Assembly (NCBI GenBank): GCA_050179755.1
Contig: JBFXEV010000001.1
Location: forward strand, 1,225,994-1,289,993
From: Candidatus Babeliales bacterium
GTDB taxonomy: Bacteria > Babelota > Babeliae > Babelales > JBFXEV01
DNA: 64,000 nucleotides
Direction: 5' to 3'
In this document: in pieces, positions 38,824-48,670 of the stretch
How positions within the stretch are numbered: position 1 is the first letter of the stretch
Layout of the letters: every line of letters begins with the position of its first letter
Translations under genes and position numbers: made by a program
The notes under the pieces: model-generated
The model's database searches: none
What the model was told of the DNA's origin: nothing
The model's input: only the letters and a program-made list of their open reading frames with translations

Positions 38824-39525
38824 ATGAACTCAACCTTTTATTCAACACATATGGCGCGCCGCATAGAGCAATTTATGTACAAAGTATATGGTTGGATGTT
38901 TGCAGGGCTTGCAATAACTGCAGCAACATCATTTAGCTTGTTCAATTTCTTCCCGCAAATAATGGTTGCCATACTCACCAATCAGATGCTTTTTTGGGGA
39001 TTGTTTTTAGCGCAAATTGGCTTGGTAATGGTGCTATCGGCTGCGTTGCAACGATTAAACTTTGTAACTGCGGCATTGATGTTCATTCTCTATGCTAGTT
39101 TGGTTGGTATAACATTATCGCCAATATTCTTGGTGTATACGTGGGGATCAATCTATACCACGTTCTTGATAACGAGCGGTATGTTTGGCGCAATGGCCCT
39201 CTATGGCTACTACACTGAAAACGATCTTACCAGTTTAGGCAATATTCTCCTTATGGGATTAATTGGTCTGCTACTTGCTGGATTTATTAATAGATGGGTT
39301 GGCAGCTCACAAACTGATTTTTTACTCTCTATTGGTGGCGTGATTATCTTTACTCTTTTGACAGCGTATGACGTACAAAAGATTAAAACCATGAGCACGT
39401 ATGCTGCAATGCATGAAGAGTCAGAAAGTAAAATTGCTATTCGTTGTGCTTTAACACTGTATCTTGATTTTATTAACTTATTCTTATATGTATTACGCTT
39501 TATGGGTAATAAAAAAAGAAACTAA
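38824..39525 (+). CDS. Bax inhibitor-1/YccA (YbhL-like) membrane protein
   Basis: FMYKVYGWM..GL.IT, YGYYT..DL, TAYDVQKIK, ALTLYLDFINLF. Confidence 0.93.
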   Translation: MNSTFYSTHMARRIEQFMYKVYGWMFAGLAITAATSFSLFNFFPQIMVAILTNQMLFWGLFLAQIGLVMVLSAALQRLNFVTAALMFILYASLVGITLSPIFLVYTWGSIYTTFLITSGMFGAMALYGYYTENDLTSLGNILLMGLIGLLLAGFINRWVGSSQTDFLLSIGGVIIFTLLTAYDVQKIKTMSTYAAMHEESESKIAIRCALTLYLDFINLFLYVLRFMGNKKRN

Positions 39526-39541
39526 GTTAACATTAATAAAC

Positions 39542-39598
39542 AAAAGTAAAAACCCGTTTGTATGGCAAAAAAGCTACATAAGCGGGTTTTTACTTTTT
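39542..39598 (+). terminator. Intrinsic terminator
   Basis: AAAAGTAAAAACCCG..CGGGTTTTTACTTTT long hairpin. Confidence 0.8.
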
Positions 39599-39685
39599 CT
39601 CTCTATTACCACCCTTGCATAAACCCCAGTTTCTCAGTTATTCTAAGAGCATAAGTATTGGCAAGCCATACTTGGAGAGTAGAAT

Positions 39686-40648
39686 ATGTCCATCAAAATA
39701 ATTTATTATATAATGTTCATTATAAGCATGCAATCACACGCAATGGAGCTTATATGTCCTTTGCCAACAAACGCAATGATGCATGCTGTTGCAGAAACTG
39801 TTTTTGCAATGCCACCTTATGATATGTATTACGCAAAACTTACATTGCCACTGAAATCTACTATAACTCTTGGATCTTCCCTGCTTTCTTTAGGTCTTAT
39901 TGGCTCTTTTATTGTTGGTAGCACTACAATGGGGTTTCTTTTGCATGGCAGGCAAAAACTACTTGTTGATGCTGCTATTTTGAATAATCCTTGGTGGGCA
40001 CATATTTTAATAAAAATCGGTGCAAATCCTTATAAGATATTTCAAGATCAAAATCTACAGACAACGCCACTTCATGAAATCGTGAAATGTCATAGTCATG
40101 TTTTATTGCAATTATTTCTTTCAATTTCAGGCGACGTTAATGTACAAGATTCAGATGGTAACACACCCGTTCACCTGGCAGCTATGAATGCCGAAGAAGA
40201 TGCTGCAATTCAAATTCAAGAATTATATGAGCACGGAGCTTGCTTACAAGCTACCGATATTATTGGTCATGCACCTTTACATATTGCAATGCAATATCAT
40301 GCGCACGCAGCTACTGAAAAACTACTGCAATTCGATGTAGACGTAAATGCACAAGATTTTTATGGCAATACCGCACTTCATGATGCCGCAGCGAGTGAAA
40401 ACCTCTACGGCATTATTCGCCTTTTACAATACGGCGCGCATAAAGATATATTAAATAATAGTGGGCTCTCCGCTTGCGATGTTGCCCAACAATATGGCCA
40501 TCAAAGCGTTGTAGATATGCTTGCAGCGCAACGGCGCTGTCTATTGAATCTTGATAATGCACTGCCCCAAAATCCGCAGTTAAAACGTATATCTAGATTT
40601 GGAACAAATATTATGGCAAAGCTTTTTAATAGAGAAATAGGCAAATAA
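39686..40648 (+). CDS. Secreted ankyrin protein with TM segment
   Basis: TTPLHE, GNTPVHLAA, GHAPLHIA, GNTALHDAA; ..SHA|ME. Confidence 0.9.
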   Translation: MSIKIIYYIMFIISMQSHAMELICPLPTNAMMHAVAETVFAMPPYDMYYAKLTLPLKSTITLGSSLLSLGLIGSFIVGSTTMGFLLHGRQKLLVDAAILNNPWWAHILIKIGANPYKIFQDQNLQTTPLHEIVKCHSHVLLQLFLSISGDVNVQDSDGNTPVHLAAMNAEEDAAIQIQELYEHGACLQATDIIGHAPLHIAMQYHAHAATEKLLQFDVDVNAQDFYGNTALHDAAASENLYGIIRLLQYGAHKDILNNSGLSACDVAQQYGHQSVVDMLAAQRRCLLNLDNALPQNPQLKRISRFGTNIMAKLFNREIGK

Positions 40649-40670
40649 TAATTTTAAAAAAGGATAGTTA

Positions 40671-42230
40671 ATGGCACAGAAAGCACTCAAATATGTAGTT
40701 CTTATTCCGCTTATTATCTTAAGCGTAATTTCCTTCAAGTTATTGTATAAAGCACCTGAAACAAAAATACTACTTAATCAAACAACCAATGGCGATGAAA
40801 CCCGTTATATAGATAAGCGAGGTAGTTTTGGGAAAGGACTTAAAAAAACAAAAGAAGGCTTAGTTGACCCAGAAGCCTTTGCACAAGTAGTGCGTACTGT
40901 TAATACGCGCAGCATAGAAGAATTTAATAAAATCCCGTGGGGCGTACAACCACCACTAATTATATATAATACGTTGCGCTGGGCTATTGCTGAAAACGTA
41001 ATGGGTAAAGAAGTTTGGCTTCAAGTCACCCCACCACCGCCAACCGTTGCTTCTTCTGAAAAAGCAAGTGAAGTAGTAGAATTATATTGGCATGCGTTGC
41101 TGCGTGATATTCCTTTTACACAGTATGCCACAAATGAACGAGTAGCAGTAGCCACTGAAGATCTTTCGCGTTGTTCAGATTTCAAAGGCCCTAAAGTTAA
41201 TGATAAAGTAACAGCGCAAACACTTTTCAGAACAACGTTTGATGGGGTTCTTGAAGGCCCCTACGTTTCACAATTTTTCTATTACGATATACCACTTGAA
41301 GATGAAGCAAAATTATCACAAAGATATACTACGCAGCAAGCTACTCTTTCTAACGAGTTTATGACATCGCTTGAGGAATGGCGCTTTATTGAATTAGGCA
41401 ATCAACCAGTGCGTAAGATAACGTATGATCCAAAAAAACGTTATATATGCACCATGCGTGATTTGGGCAATTATGTGCACATGGACCCGCCTCAATGGCA
41501 TTTTTTATGCACCCAACTTATTTTGTTAGGTTTTGGGCAAGAAGCCTTAAAGCAAGGAGCGCCAGCACTTACCCCTTCATTGCAACCAGCACAAACTGAA
41601 TTTTGCAAATTGCATCTTGGTGGCTTAGTATCATTGTGCACCGAAATGACCTCTCGCGCTGCATGGTACCAAAAATGGTTTATACATCGCTCGTTGCGTG
41701 CAGAGGAATATGCCTATTTAGTGGATCAACAAATTAAAAATATCTTTGACGCTGGGTTACATGAAGACGTGATTAATTCGCAAGCTGCGCAAGAAATTTT
41801 TGCATTGAATTCTCAACTTAATAATGGCGAAGGCACCTATTTACTCCCTCAAATGTATCCTGAAGGTTGCCCGCTGCATCCATCTTACCCTTCTGCGCAT
41901 GGTTCGGTTGCCGGTGGGTGCATTACTATATTAAAGGCATTCTTTAATGAAGATTTTGTGTTCGCCAAGCCTGTGATTCCTAATGCCGATGGTTCTGCCT
42001 TAGAAGCTTATAAAGGTGAGCCGTTGACCATTGGGCATGAACTGAATAAGTTTGCCATGAACATTGCCTTTGCCCGCAACATGGCCGGCGTGCATTATCG
42101 CTGTGATGCGGTGGAAGCTATGCTAATGGGCGAGAAAATAGCTCTTGCATTGCTTGCAGATTGGGCAAAAACAAATAATATGCATTTTACGCTTAAAAAG
42201 TTTGATGGCACATCAGTTTCTATTGGCTAA
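40671..42230 (+). CDS. Vanadium-dependent haloperoxidase (bromoperoxidase-type, PAP2 superfamily)
   Basis: ELYWHALLRDIPF, GPYVSQF, AWYQKWFIHRSLR, PEGCPLHPSYPSAH, ARNMAGVHYRCD; N-terminal anchor. Confidence 0.88.
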   Translation: MAQKALKYVVLIPLIILSVISFKLLYKAPETKILLNQTTNGDETRYIDKRGSFGKGLKKTKEGLVDPEAFAQVVRTVNTRSIEEFNKIPWGVQPPLIIYNTLRWAIAENVMGKEVWLQVTPPPPTVASSEKASEVVELYWHALLRDIPFTQYATNERVAVATEDLSRCSDFKGPKVNDKVTAQTLFRTTFDGVLEGPYVSQFFYYDIPLEDEAKLSQRYTTQQATLSNEFMTSLEEWRFIELGNQPVRKITYDPKKRYICTMRDLGNYVHMDPPQWHFLCTQLILLGFGQEALKQGAPALTPSLQPAQTEFCKLHLGGLVSLCTEMTSRAAWYQKWFIHRSLRAEEYAYLVDQQIKNIFDAGLHEDVINSQAAQEIFALNSQLNNGEGTYLLPQMYPEGCPLHPSYPSAHGSVAGGCITILKAFFNEDFVFAKPVIPNADGSALEAYKGEPLTIGHELNKFAMNIAFARNMAGVHYRCDAVEAMLMGEKIALALLADWAKTNNMHFTLKKFDGTSVSIG

Positions 42231-42269
42231 ATGCCAAGCATCAATTCCCTGAATTATATGCTATTTACT

Positions 42270-42301
42270 ATGCCAGATTGAAAATAGTTTCAATCTGGCA
42301 T
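42270..42301. terminator. Strong hairpin after the haloperoxidase gene
   Basis: ATGCCAGATTGAAA..TTTCAATCTGGCAT. Confidence 0.65.
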
Positions 42302-42427
42302 AAATCGTTAACAAAACCCTATCAATTTTAAATTCGCATTTCAGCCACTCATTTGCTATACTAAAAACGTCATCTAGAGCGACAATGCACACTAAATTTT
42401 TTTTTAGACCCCCTTAAAACGCTTATT

Positions 42428-43957
42428 ATGAAATTATTTCTATTTTTCCTCTCTACGATTATTTTGTGTACAGGCAACATAGCGCACGCTATGAAACTTG
42501 CAGCAGCTTGCTCGACAATTGACTACAGGGCTCAACAGAAACTTAATGAAGATTTGTGCTATAACGCTAGTCATAACGCTGGGGCACTCTCACAACTCAT
42601 TGAGACTGGTGCTCAAGTAAATGCATATGTTGATGGGCGTACCGCATTGCACTGCGCTGCAGCCTCTGGCTCTCTTGCTATTGGTGCCATGCAGGTGCTT
42701 TTACAAGCAGGGGCAAATCCTTATGCGGTCGATATACATGGCGATTCATCGTTGTGTACTGCCATTGCCTATGGCAACTATGATGGGGTAAGAATGATGC
42801 TAGCATCTGGTTTTAATCCCCATGCTCGTGATGAATCTGGGCACACACCACTTGATTATTTTATGCAGCGTGCACGCGTGAAAAATCTAGAAAACTATAG
42901 TACCGCTGGGGTAGAACGTGAAAATCAAAGGCTCCGCAATCTTACTTTGAGAGCGCTATTGACTACTGTTTCCCCTTATGAGTTACAGCATGTGCCGTTT
43001 ATTATTCTTTGCTTAATGAAGCCCATTACTGTTTCTCTAACAAATGGAGAAGAAAAAGAGCTGCCTGACGAACTCCGGCGGCGCATTGCTCAACTATTAG
43101 TACCAACGATTATTGATGAGAAATTAGCTCTCGCAAAAGAATATCTCCCCGATCTTCCAACCGATAAATTAAGAGCATTACTAACAGTCAGCGCTAGAAA
43201 CGCTTTTAAACGCAAAATGCCTACACTTCCAAAATTACCAGCACAGGATATCATGGTAGTATTAAGTGATGAAGATAAAAAACATATAACAGATTTGCCA
43301 TACTTTGTGTTGTTTCATTATAAAAACCAGATAGTGTTACAGGCATTGCTAAAGGCTGGCGCTGATCCCAATCAAATAACCTTACGCGGCGAAACGGCTC
43401 TATTTTTTGAAGTATCAAAAGGATCATTGTCTTCTCTTGCTACAATAAAAATGTTATTGGATGCAGGTGCCGATGTAAATGCAAGAACAATAGGCGGCAA
43501 TACTGCTTTACACAGAGCAGTTTGGCTTGGCGTTAATCAGTTATGCCCTGCTATTCAATTGTTGATTGAAGCCGGTGGCGATACTACTATTGCAAATGCA
43601 AGCGGAGTAACACCTTCTCAACTTGCCATTAATGCCGCATTGTTGTTAGAAAAAAAAGTCAATGAAAATATAATACGCATATTGATTACAACTGTTTCCC
43701 CTTATGATATAGAAGAGGTAATCCCTCACATAATAGCACTTAGAAAAAATGGTAGATACCCCCTTAATGCAGCTGAAATTATAGCAGATTCATTAATTCC
43801 TCATATTATTGCGCAAAAATTAGAATTAGTGCGTGCCTATCTACCAAACACTCCTCAAGAGTTTATTCGTTTTCGTCCTGAAATACTTGCAAGTATTAAT
43901 CGCCTTATTCGCACATGCCCTGCTATAAAAGCTGCTGAGCGGCAACACAACAATTAA
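42428..43957 (+). CDS. Secreted ankyrin protein built from two ankyrin+helical units
   Basis: GRTALHCAA, GHTPLD, GETALF, GNTALHRAV; duplicated TTVSPY and KL.L...YLP. Confidence 0.9.
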   Translation: MKLFLFFLSTIILCTGNIAHAMKLAAACSTIDYRAQQKLNEDLCYNASHNAGALSQLIETGAQVNAYVDGRTALHCAAASGSLAIGAMQVLLQAGANPYAVDIHGDSSLCTAIAYGNYDGVRMMLASGFNPHARDESGHTPLDYFMQRARVKNLENYSTAGVERENQRLRNLTLRALLTTVSPYELQHVPFIILCLMKPITVSLTNGEEKELPDELRRRIAQLLVPTIIDEKLALAKEYLPDLPTDKLRALLTVSARNAFKRKMPTLPKLPAQDIMVVLSDEDKKHITDLPYFVLFHYKNQIVLQALLKAGADPNQITLRGETALFFEVSKGSLSSLATIKMLLDAGADVNARTIGGNTALHRAVWLGVNQLCPAIQLLIEAGGDTTIANASGVTPSQLAINAALLLEKKVNENIIRILITTVSPYDIEEVIPHIIALRKNGRYPLNAAEIIADSLIPHIIAQKLELVRAYLPNTPQEFIRFRPEILASINRLIRTCPAIKAAERQHNN

Positions 43958-44062
43958 TTCTTGGCATGCATCGCGCAATTGCTTGCTCTGCAAGATATCT
44001 TTTTGGTAGACTTTTTACAATATTAAATACATTAATTTTTGTAAAAACAAAAAGGACCGCAA

Positions 44063-46441
44063 GTGATTAAACGACTATTTTTCTTCATCCTTATCTTGTG
44101 TTGCAATGCTGCAGCAATAGCTCAAGAATATGGCGTTGCCATTCCAGTCTCTTTTGATCCTCAAGCACAAGAATGGTCTGTGTTGCTTGGCCTTCAGCAA
44201 GATAATCAATGGTGGCCATTCCGGGAGCAATTGCAGCAAGGAGAAAAAGCAAATGTTGCAGCCCAACGTGCTTTAAATACCAAAACAAATGGTGTCTACA
44301 ATATTTCTATTACTGGAGTGCCATGGGAAAAAATAGGCAACACGTTTTTTCATCTTGTACCAGTAGAATTTATTTCAGGATCAAAGTTATATAACTCAGC
44401 AACCAGTAAAGCAGTTTCTGACTTTGTATGGATCCCCGCAAAACATCTTTTGCAAAAAGGCACAATTAAACCCCATAAAGTGAAAACAAATACAACTGTT
44501 GGTGAAAGCTTTGTAGATGCTTTTAAAATGCTTTGGCCAAAAAAGCAGTATGAACTTTCGGCTACACAACAAGCTGCACCCACCACAAAAGCAGGAACTG
44601 GTACACAAACACCACTTGGTGCCACTACAAAGATAATGGGCAATCAAGGAACTCAATGGGGAGGCAATGCCGATTCCATTTATTTTTATGTAAAAGATGC
44701 ACCATATTATGAATTTACCAATTTCTATGAACAAGATATAAAAATTGATGGCAAAGTTTGGCCCACAAGTGAGCAATATTACCAAGCAATGAAATTCACG
44801 GATAATAATTTGCAGGAAAAGATACGCCAATTTAAATCTGATGCTGCAGGTTCTGGCCCGCGTAAAGCTTTTGATTTTGCTCAAAAAAATAAATCGTCTG
44901 TTCGTGCAGATTGGCAACAAATAAGCCTTGATACTATGAGAAAAGCCGTACGAGAAAAATTTACACAACACAAAGGCTTGGCCAATCTTTTACTCTCTAC
45001 TGGCACTAAAACTCTTGTGGAAGCTGCAGGCGGCAATGATGACTTTTATGGTGCTGGTGCTGATTATAATGGCAAAAATTGGTTAGGTCGCATTCTTATG
45101 GAAGTGCGCGATGAGTTGCGACAAAAGAAAATTCCATCGCCTGCTGCAGTGGCAGTAGCCGCACATAAACTACAAACACCTTCAAGTGTATTACTTTCTC
45201 AAGCGCTTAAAAATCTAGAAACAAAACTTATAGATCTTCAAGATTCATTGCACGGTGCTCAAAAAAAAAGTAGTCTAACAAGCTCTCTTGAAGAACAGCG
45301 AGAAGTATTTAATCCGTTTATGCATGTAACAGGTATTTCTGAAAGTTCTTTTAAAAAATTAAGTGAAAACCAAAAGCACGCACTTAAAAAAGGAAATGCC
45401 TTCTTAAATCAGCAGACAAACGCAGTCTGGAATATGGGCACTGTTGATATTGCTTCTGTTGAGACATTACGTAAAACAAAAAAAGATGGCAAGGGTAGCG
45501 TATTTAATGTAATTGAAGGTGTGGATACGCCATGGAATCACTGGTTTAGAGAATATGTTGATGTTACTGCACTACAAGCAGATCCCTCCAATAAAGATGC
45601 TGTGTTTCAAGTAGCTTCAAATTTTAATGGCCTTGAAGGTTCTGGTGCTCCACATGAAGGTATTATGCCTTATTTAAACCCAAATCTGTATGTGCAAGGA
45701 GAGGCGGCAGCAATTTCTGCAATGCCTGGCATTATCTATCGCATGTATTATATGCCACATCAAGTAAATGGTAAGATATACCAAGGGCAACTACAAGAGC
45801 AACTCAATTTGCTTGAGCAGTTTACTAGTGGGCAGCATAAAATTCCTGTGCATGATGGCTATATTGGCAAAGTGCCAGACATAGAGGCATTTGCAAAATT
45901 ATCCGACATAGAATTAAAGCAGCTTGCAGGTAACGTACATATAGCATTCCACCAAGATATTCAAGTTTCTAGTGGCCTGGGACCACTTAAAAATGAATTG
46001 CCAACTTATAAAGCAATAAAAGTTAGCAATCCAAGTCAACGCATTAATCAAATATTTGCAGCAGCAATGAACCCGTATCAACACAATGTAAATTCTGCAG
46101 GATTTAAAAATCTTGCACAGATGCTTTTGTATGCAGCGTACGAAGGCGGCTTAAAAAGTGCATATGCACACGGTAAAAAGAAAGTATTTTTAACTTTAAT
46201 TGGTGGCGGCGTATTTAAGAATGACCTTTCATGGATCACGCAAGCAATTGAAGAGGCGGTCAAACCATTTTTAACGTATGGTAATATGGAAATTAATCTT
46301 ATTGTGTATTATAGTGGCGATTATAAGAACAAAGATTTAGCTGCATGGAATAATTTTGAAGCTAAAATGGCAGCGCTTGTGCAAAAAAGCGGTGGAGAGT
46401 ATGTGCAGTATAAGGCTGATGGAAAGCATATTAAAAAATAA
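44063..46441 (+). CDS. Secreted multidomain protein: degenerate Nudix-like + NADAR (YbiA) + macro/PARG-like domain
   Basis: NADAR: IYFY..YEFTNFY..WPTSEQYYQAMKF..VRADW..KFTQH..LLLSTG..LVEA..GKNWLGRILMEVR; C-terminal FQVASNFNGLE and LTLIGGGVFKN. Confidence 0.82.
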   Translation: MIKRLFFFILILCCNAAAIAQEYGVAIPVSFDPQAQEWSVLLGLQQDNQWWPFREQLQQGEKANVAAQRALNTKTNGVYNISITGVPWEKIGNTFFHLVPVEFISGSKLYNSATSKAVSDFVWIPAKHLLQKGTIKPHKVKTNTTVGESFVDAFKMLWPKKQYELSATQQAAPTTKAGTGTQTPLGATTKIMGNQGTQWGGNADSIYFYVKDAPYYEFTNFYEQDIKIDGKVWPTSEQYYQAMKFTDNNLQEKIRQFKSDAAGSGPRKAFDFAQKNKSSVRADWQQISLDTMRKAVREKFTQHKGLANLLLSTGTKTLVEAAGGNDDFYGAGADYNGKNWLGRILMEVRDELRQKKIPSPAAVAVAAHKLQTPSSVLLSQALKNLETKLIDLQDSLHGAQKKSSLTSSLEEQREVFNPFMHVTGISESSFKKLSENQKHALKKGNAFLNQQTNAVWNMGTVDIASVETLRKTKKDGKGSVFNVIEGVDTPWNHWFREYVDVTALQADPSNKDAVFQVASNFNGLEGSGAPHEGIMPYLNPNLYVQGEAAAISAMPGIIYRMYYMPHQVNGKIYQGQLQEQLNLLEQFTSGQHKIPVHDGYIGKVPDIEAFAKLSDIELKQLAGNVHIAFHQDIQVSSGLGPLKNELPTYKAIKVSNPSQRINQIFAAAMNPYQHNVNSAGFKNLAQMLLYAAYEGGLKSAYAHGKKKVFLTLIGGGVFKNDLSWITQAIEEAVKPFLTYGNMEINLIVYYSGDYKNKDLAAWNNFEAKMAALVQKSGGEYVQYKADGKHIKK

Positions 46442-46446
46442 AAAAA

Positions 46447-46471
46447 AGGGGATAGAATCTCTCTATCCCCT
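46447..46471. terminator. Terminator between convergent genes
   Basis: AGGGGATAGA..TCTATCCCCT preceded by an A-run. Confidence 0.8.
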
Positions 46472-46479
46472 GGGTTGTA

Positions 46480-47100
46480 TTACTCAGTAAGTTGAGCTAC
46501 TTTTTCAGCTACAGCATGAATGCCGTGCTTTGTTTTTTCTTTAACCGTATATGCAGCATCTGATACTTTTTCAGCACCAGCATACGTGCTATCCTTAATA
46601 TACGTGCCCGCATTTTTAGCTTGTGTAGTCACCACATCTGTTGCGTAACCCAGAGATCTTTTAATTGATTGCCAATATGTTGGTGATAATGGATCGCTGC
46701 AGGTAATAACAATTGCAATATCATTTTCATTTTTATGATCAATTAAGAAATCTACATTATGGCCATTTTTAGTAGCATGCTCATTGCAAGCATCTACAAA
46801 CGAATAGAGATTAACATAGAGCATGTGCTCCAACTCATTGCTAAACTCTTGCGAAATATCAACGGTCATTGCAGATTCGTCTACTTCAAGTCTAAGCCTG
46901 TATTGATGTGAAGTTATTTCACAAATTTCATGCATACTCGTTGATACTTGTTTAAAGAGCTCTTGTTTAAATGTTTCATCTTCAGCACAATTGTGCACGG
47001 AATCAATAGTTATTGATATATGTTTAGATTCTCGTGATAGTACTGGGTTTGCTGTAAGAGAGAAAAGACCAATGCAGAGAATTTTGAAAATGTTGTTCAT
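46480..47100 (-). CDS. Exported hypothetical protein with LEA-like C-terminus
   Basis: Signal peptide; tail AKNAGTYIKD..AEKVSDAAYTVKEKTKHG..AEKV. Confidence 0.7.
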   Translation of the reverse strand: MNNIFKILCIGLFSLTANPVLSRESKHISITIDSVHNCAEDETFKQELFKQVSTSMHEICEITSHQYRLRLEVDESAMTVDISQEFSNELEHMLYVNLYSFVDACNEHATKNGHNVDFLIDHKNENDIAIVITCSDPLSPTYWQSIKRSLGYATDVVTTQAKNAGTYIKDSTYAGAEKVSDAAYTVKEKTKHGIHAVAEKVAQLTE

Positions 47101-47487
47101 AATGAGTAATCCTTATGTTATTTAAGAGTGATGTAAACAAGTGTTTACGTTATATGGATTATAAGAGTCATGACGTCTTAAACACAAGATAACACCATAT
47201 GCTAGCCAAGTCAACATATAAAACCAATAAAAATGGCGTTATTCCAGCATTATAGCGATGTTACAGGTAGAGGTCATCGCGTGTGAGATGCTTACTTTGA
47301 AGATTTTCGATAACTCATGTGGACAAGTTTTTGAATCAATAACCCTACTATATTTGGGGCTAAAGAATCTATTGAATCCCACCAAGAATTGATGATTATC
47401 AGACATTTTGTTTCTATAAGAATCTATGCAAATTGGTTACGCATGTAAGCAGATTTTTTTCGAGCAATCTGCTCATTAGATACTGCT

Positions 47488-48333
47488 TTAAATGCTTGAT
47501 CTAATTTCCTTATCAGCTGAGGATACATTAATTTCTATTGCGTCCTTTAGTTTTTCGGGATCAGATACATAATGCAACGCCATGGCTACTATATCTGTTG
47601 CAAGTAAATTTGTCCATTGATCAAAGCTTTTCACTTCAGCACGCTTTTTTGAGTTTTCTGTAACCCACACTGTTTGCCTGCCAGCGGCCAAGTCTAATTC
47701 AATGAGCTGCGCTAAAGCAACTTTTCCGTGAATATTTTTTTGAACATTATGAAATTGCAACATAATATCAGAGCGTGTACCTTTGCGCGGCAAGGTAGGG
47801 TCATAACAGACACTAATAATTTTATTAAATGCCCAGCCATCAGCATGTTCGCCTAAATCCCAACGCAAAAGAAGCTGCTTTGCGGCACGCTGATATATAA
47901 AATAAGTTCCTTTAGCTGCTACAAAGGTATGTAACTCTTCATCTACATTGGCCAGATCTTCTAATGCAGGAATTGCATCCCCGCGTATTTTATCAAACAT
48001 AAGGCTACGAAATACCTCAAATATTGTGCACAGTTCTTTGCGAGCTTCTTCCGTATATACGTCAAGCAAGGTAGAAGCTACCGAGCGCGCAACCGATGGT
48101 GGTATGTGTTTTTGCTCCTGAGCCTGCCCATGCGCGTCAATTAAATTATCAGGAAGTAACACAAAAACCTCTTTATGTACTACACGCGGCCTAACAGTTT
48201 GTTCCAAAGGAATAGTAATAGATAATTTTGAAAACCTTGCTTCTGGGACAAGCGCGCTTGTTTTTTGCTGCATGCCAAAACTTGGATTAATCACAGCAAG
48301 CAGAGCAACAAAATATAGTGATAGTAATTTCAT
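47488..48333 (-). CDS. Secreted hypothetical protein
   Basis: Signal ..SFG|MQ; 281 aa. Confidence 0.75.
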   Translation of the reverse strand: MKLLSLYFVALLAVINPSFGMQQKTSALVPEARFSKLSITIPLEQTVRPRVVHKEVFVLLPDNLIDAHGQAQEQKHIPPSVARSVASTLLDVYTEEARKELCTIFEVFRSLMFDKIRGDAIPALEDLANVDEELHTFVAAKGTYFIYQRAAKQLLLRWDLGEHADGWAFNKIISVCYDPTLPRKGTRSDIMLQFHNVQKNIHGKVALAQLIELDLAAGRQTVWVTENSKKRAEVKSFDQWTNLLATDIVAMALHYVSDPEKLKDAIEINVSSADKEIRSSI

Positions 48334-48670
48334 TTTTAAACCTTATTATTTTTTTGAGAATAAATGTTTGTCTTGAGGGTGAAAGTTAAGAAAAGCTCCC
48401 CAATAGTTCTGAGCCGCTTATCTGCTGTTTTTACTTGCAAAAGCGCGCCATGGTACTTTCTTTCATAAGTAGCTGCTCATCTATCTAAAAACCTGTATTA
48501 GTATACAGCAAATCAATAATAATTCTCCCCTTTTTCTATGTCAATAAACTCAAATTTATTGACTTGCTTTTCTACCCTGTTTTTAGCCTTCTACTCCTGT
48601 ACTCTTTCAATCAGCCCTGCTGGTATGGTATGCTAAGTGTAGGATAATAGGTCCCAATCTTAAAAAGGAG

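Noticed and set aside
44396..44971. 191-aa minus-strand ORF (also 32715..33200 and other short nested or antisense ORFs)
   Set aside because: Antisense shadows of well-supported genes with atypical composition.
44063..46441. DarT1-NADAR toxin-antitoxin system
   Set aside because: No adjacent ADP-ribosyltransferase gene, and the NADAR domain sits in a secreted fusion.
47343..47358. NrdR-box-like CCTACTATATTTGGGG
   Set aside because: Single imperfect copy and no nrd gene nearby.
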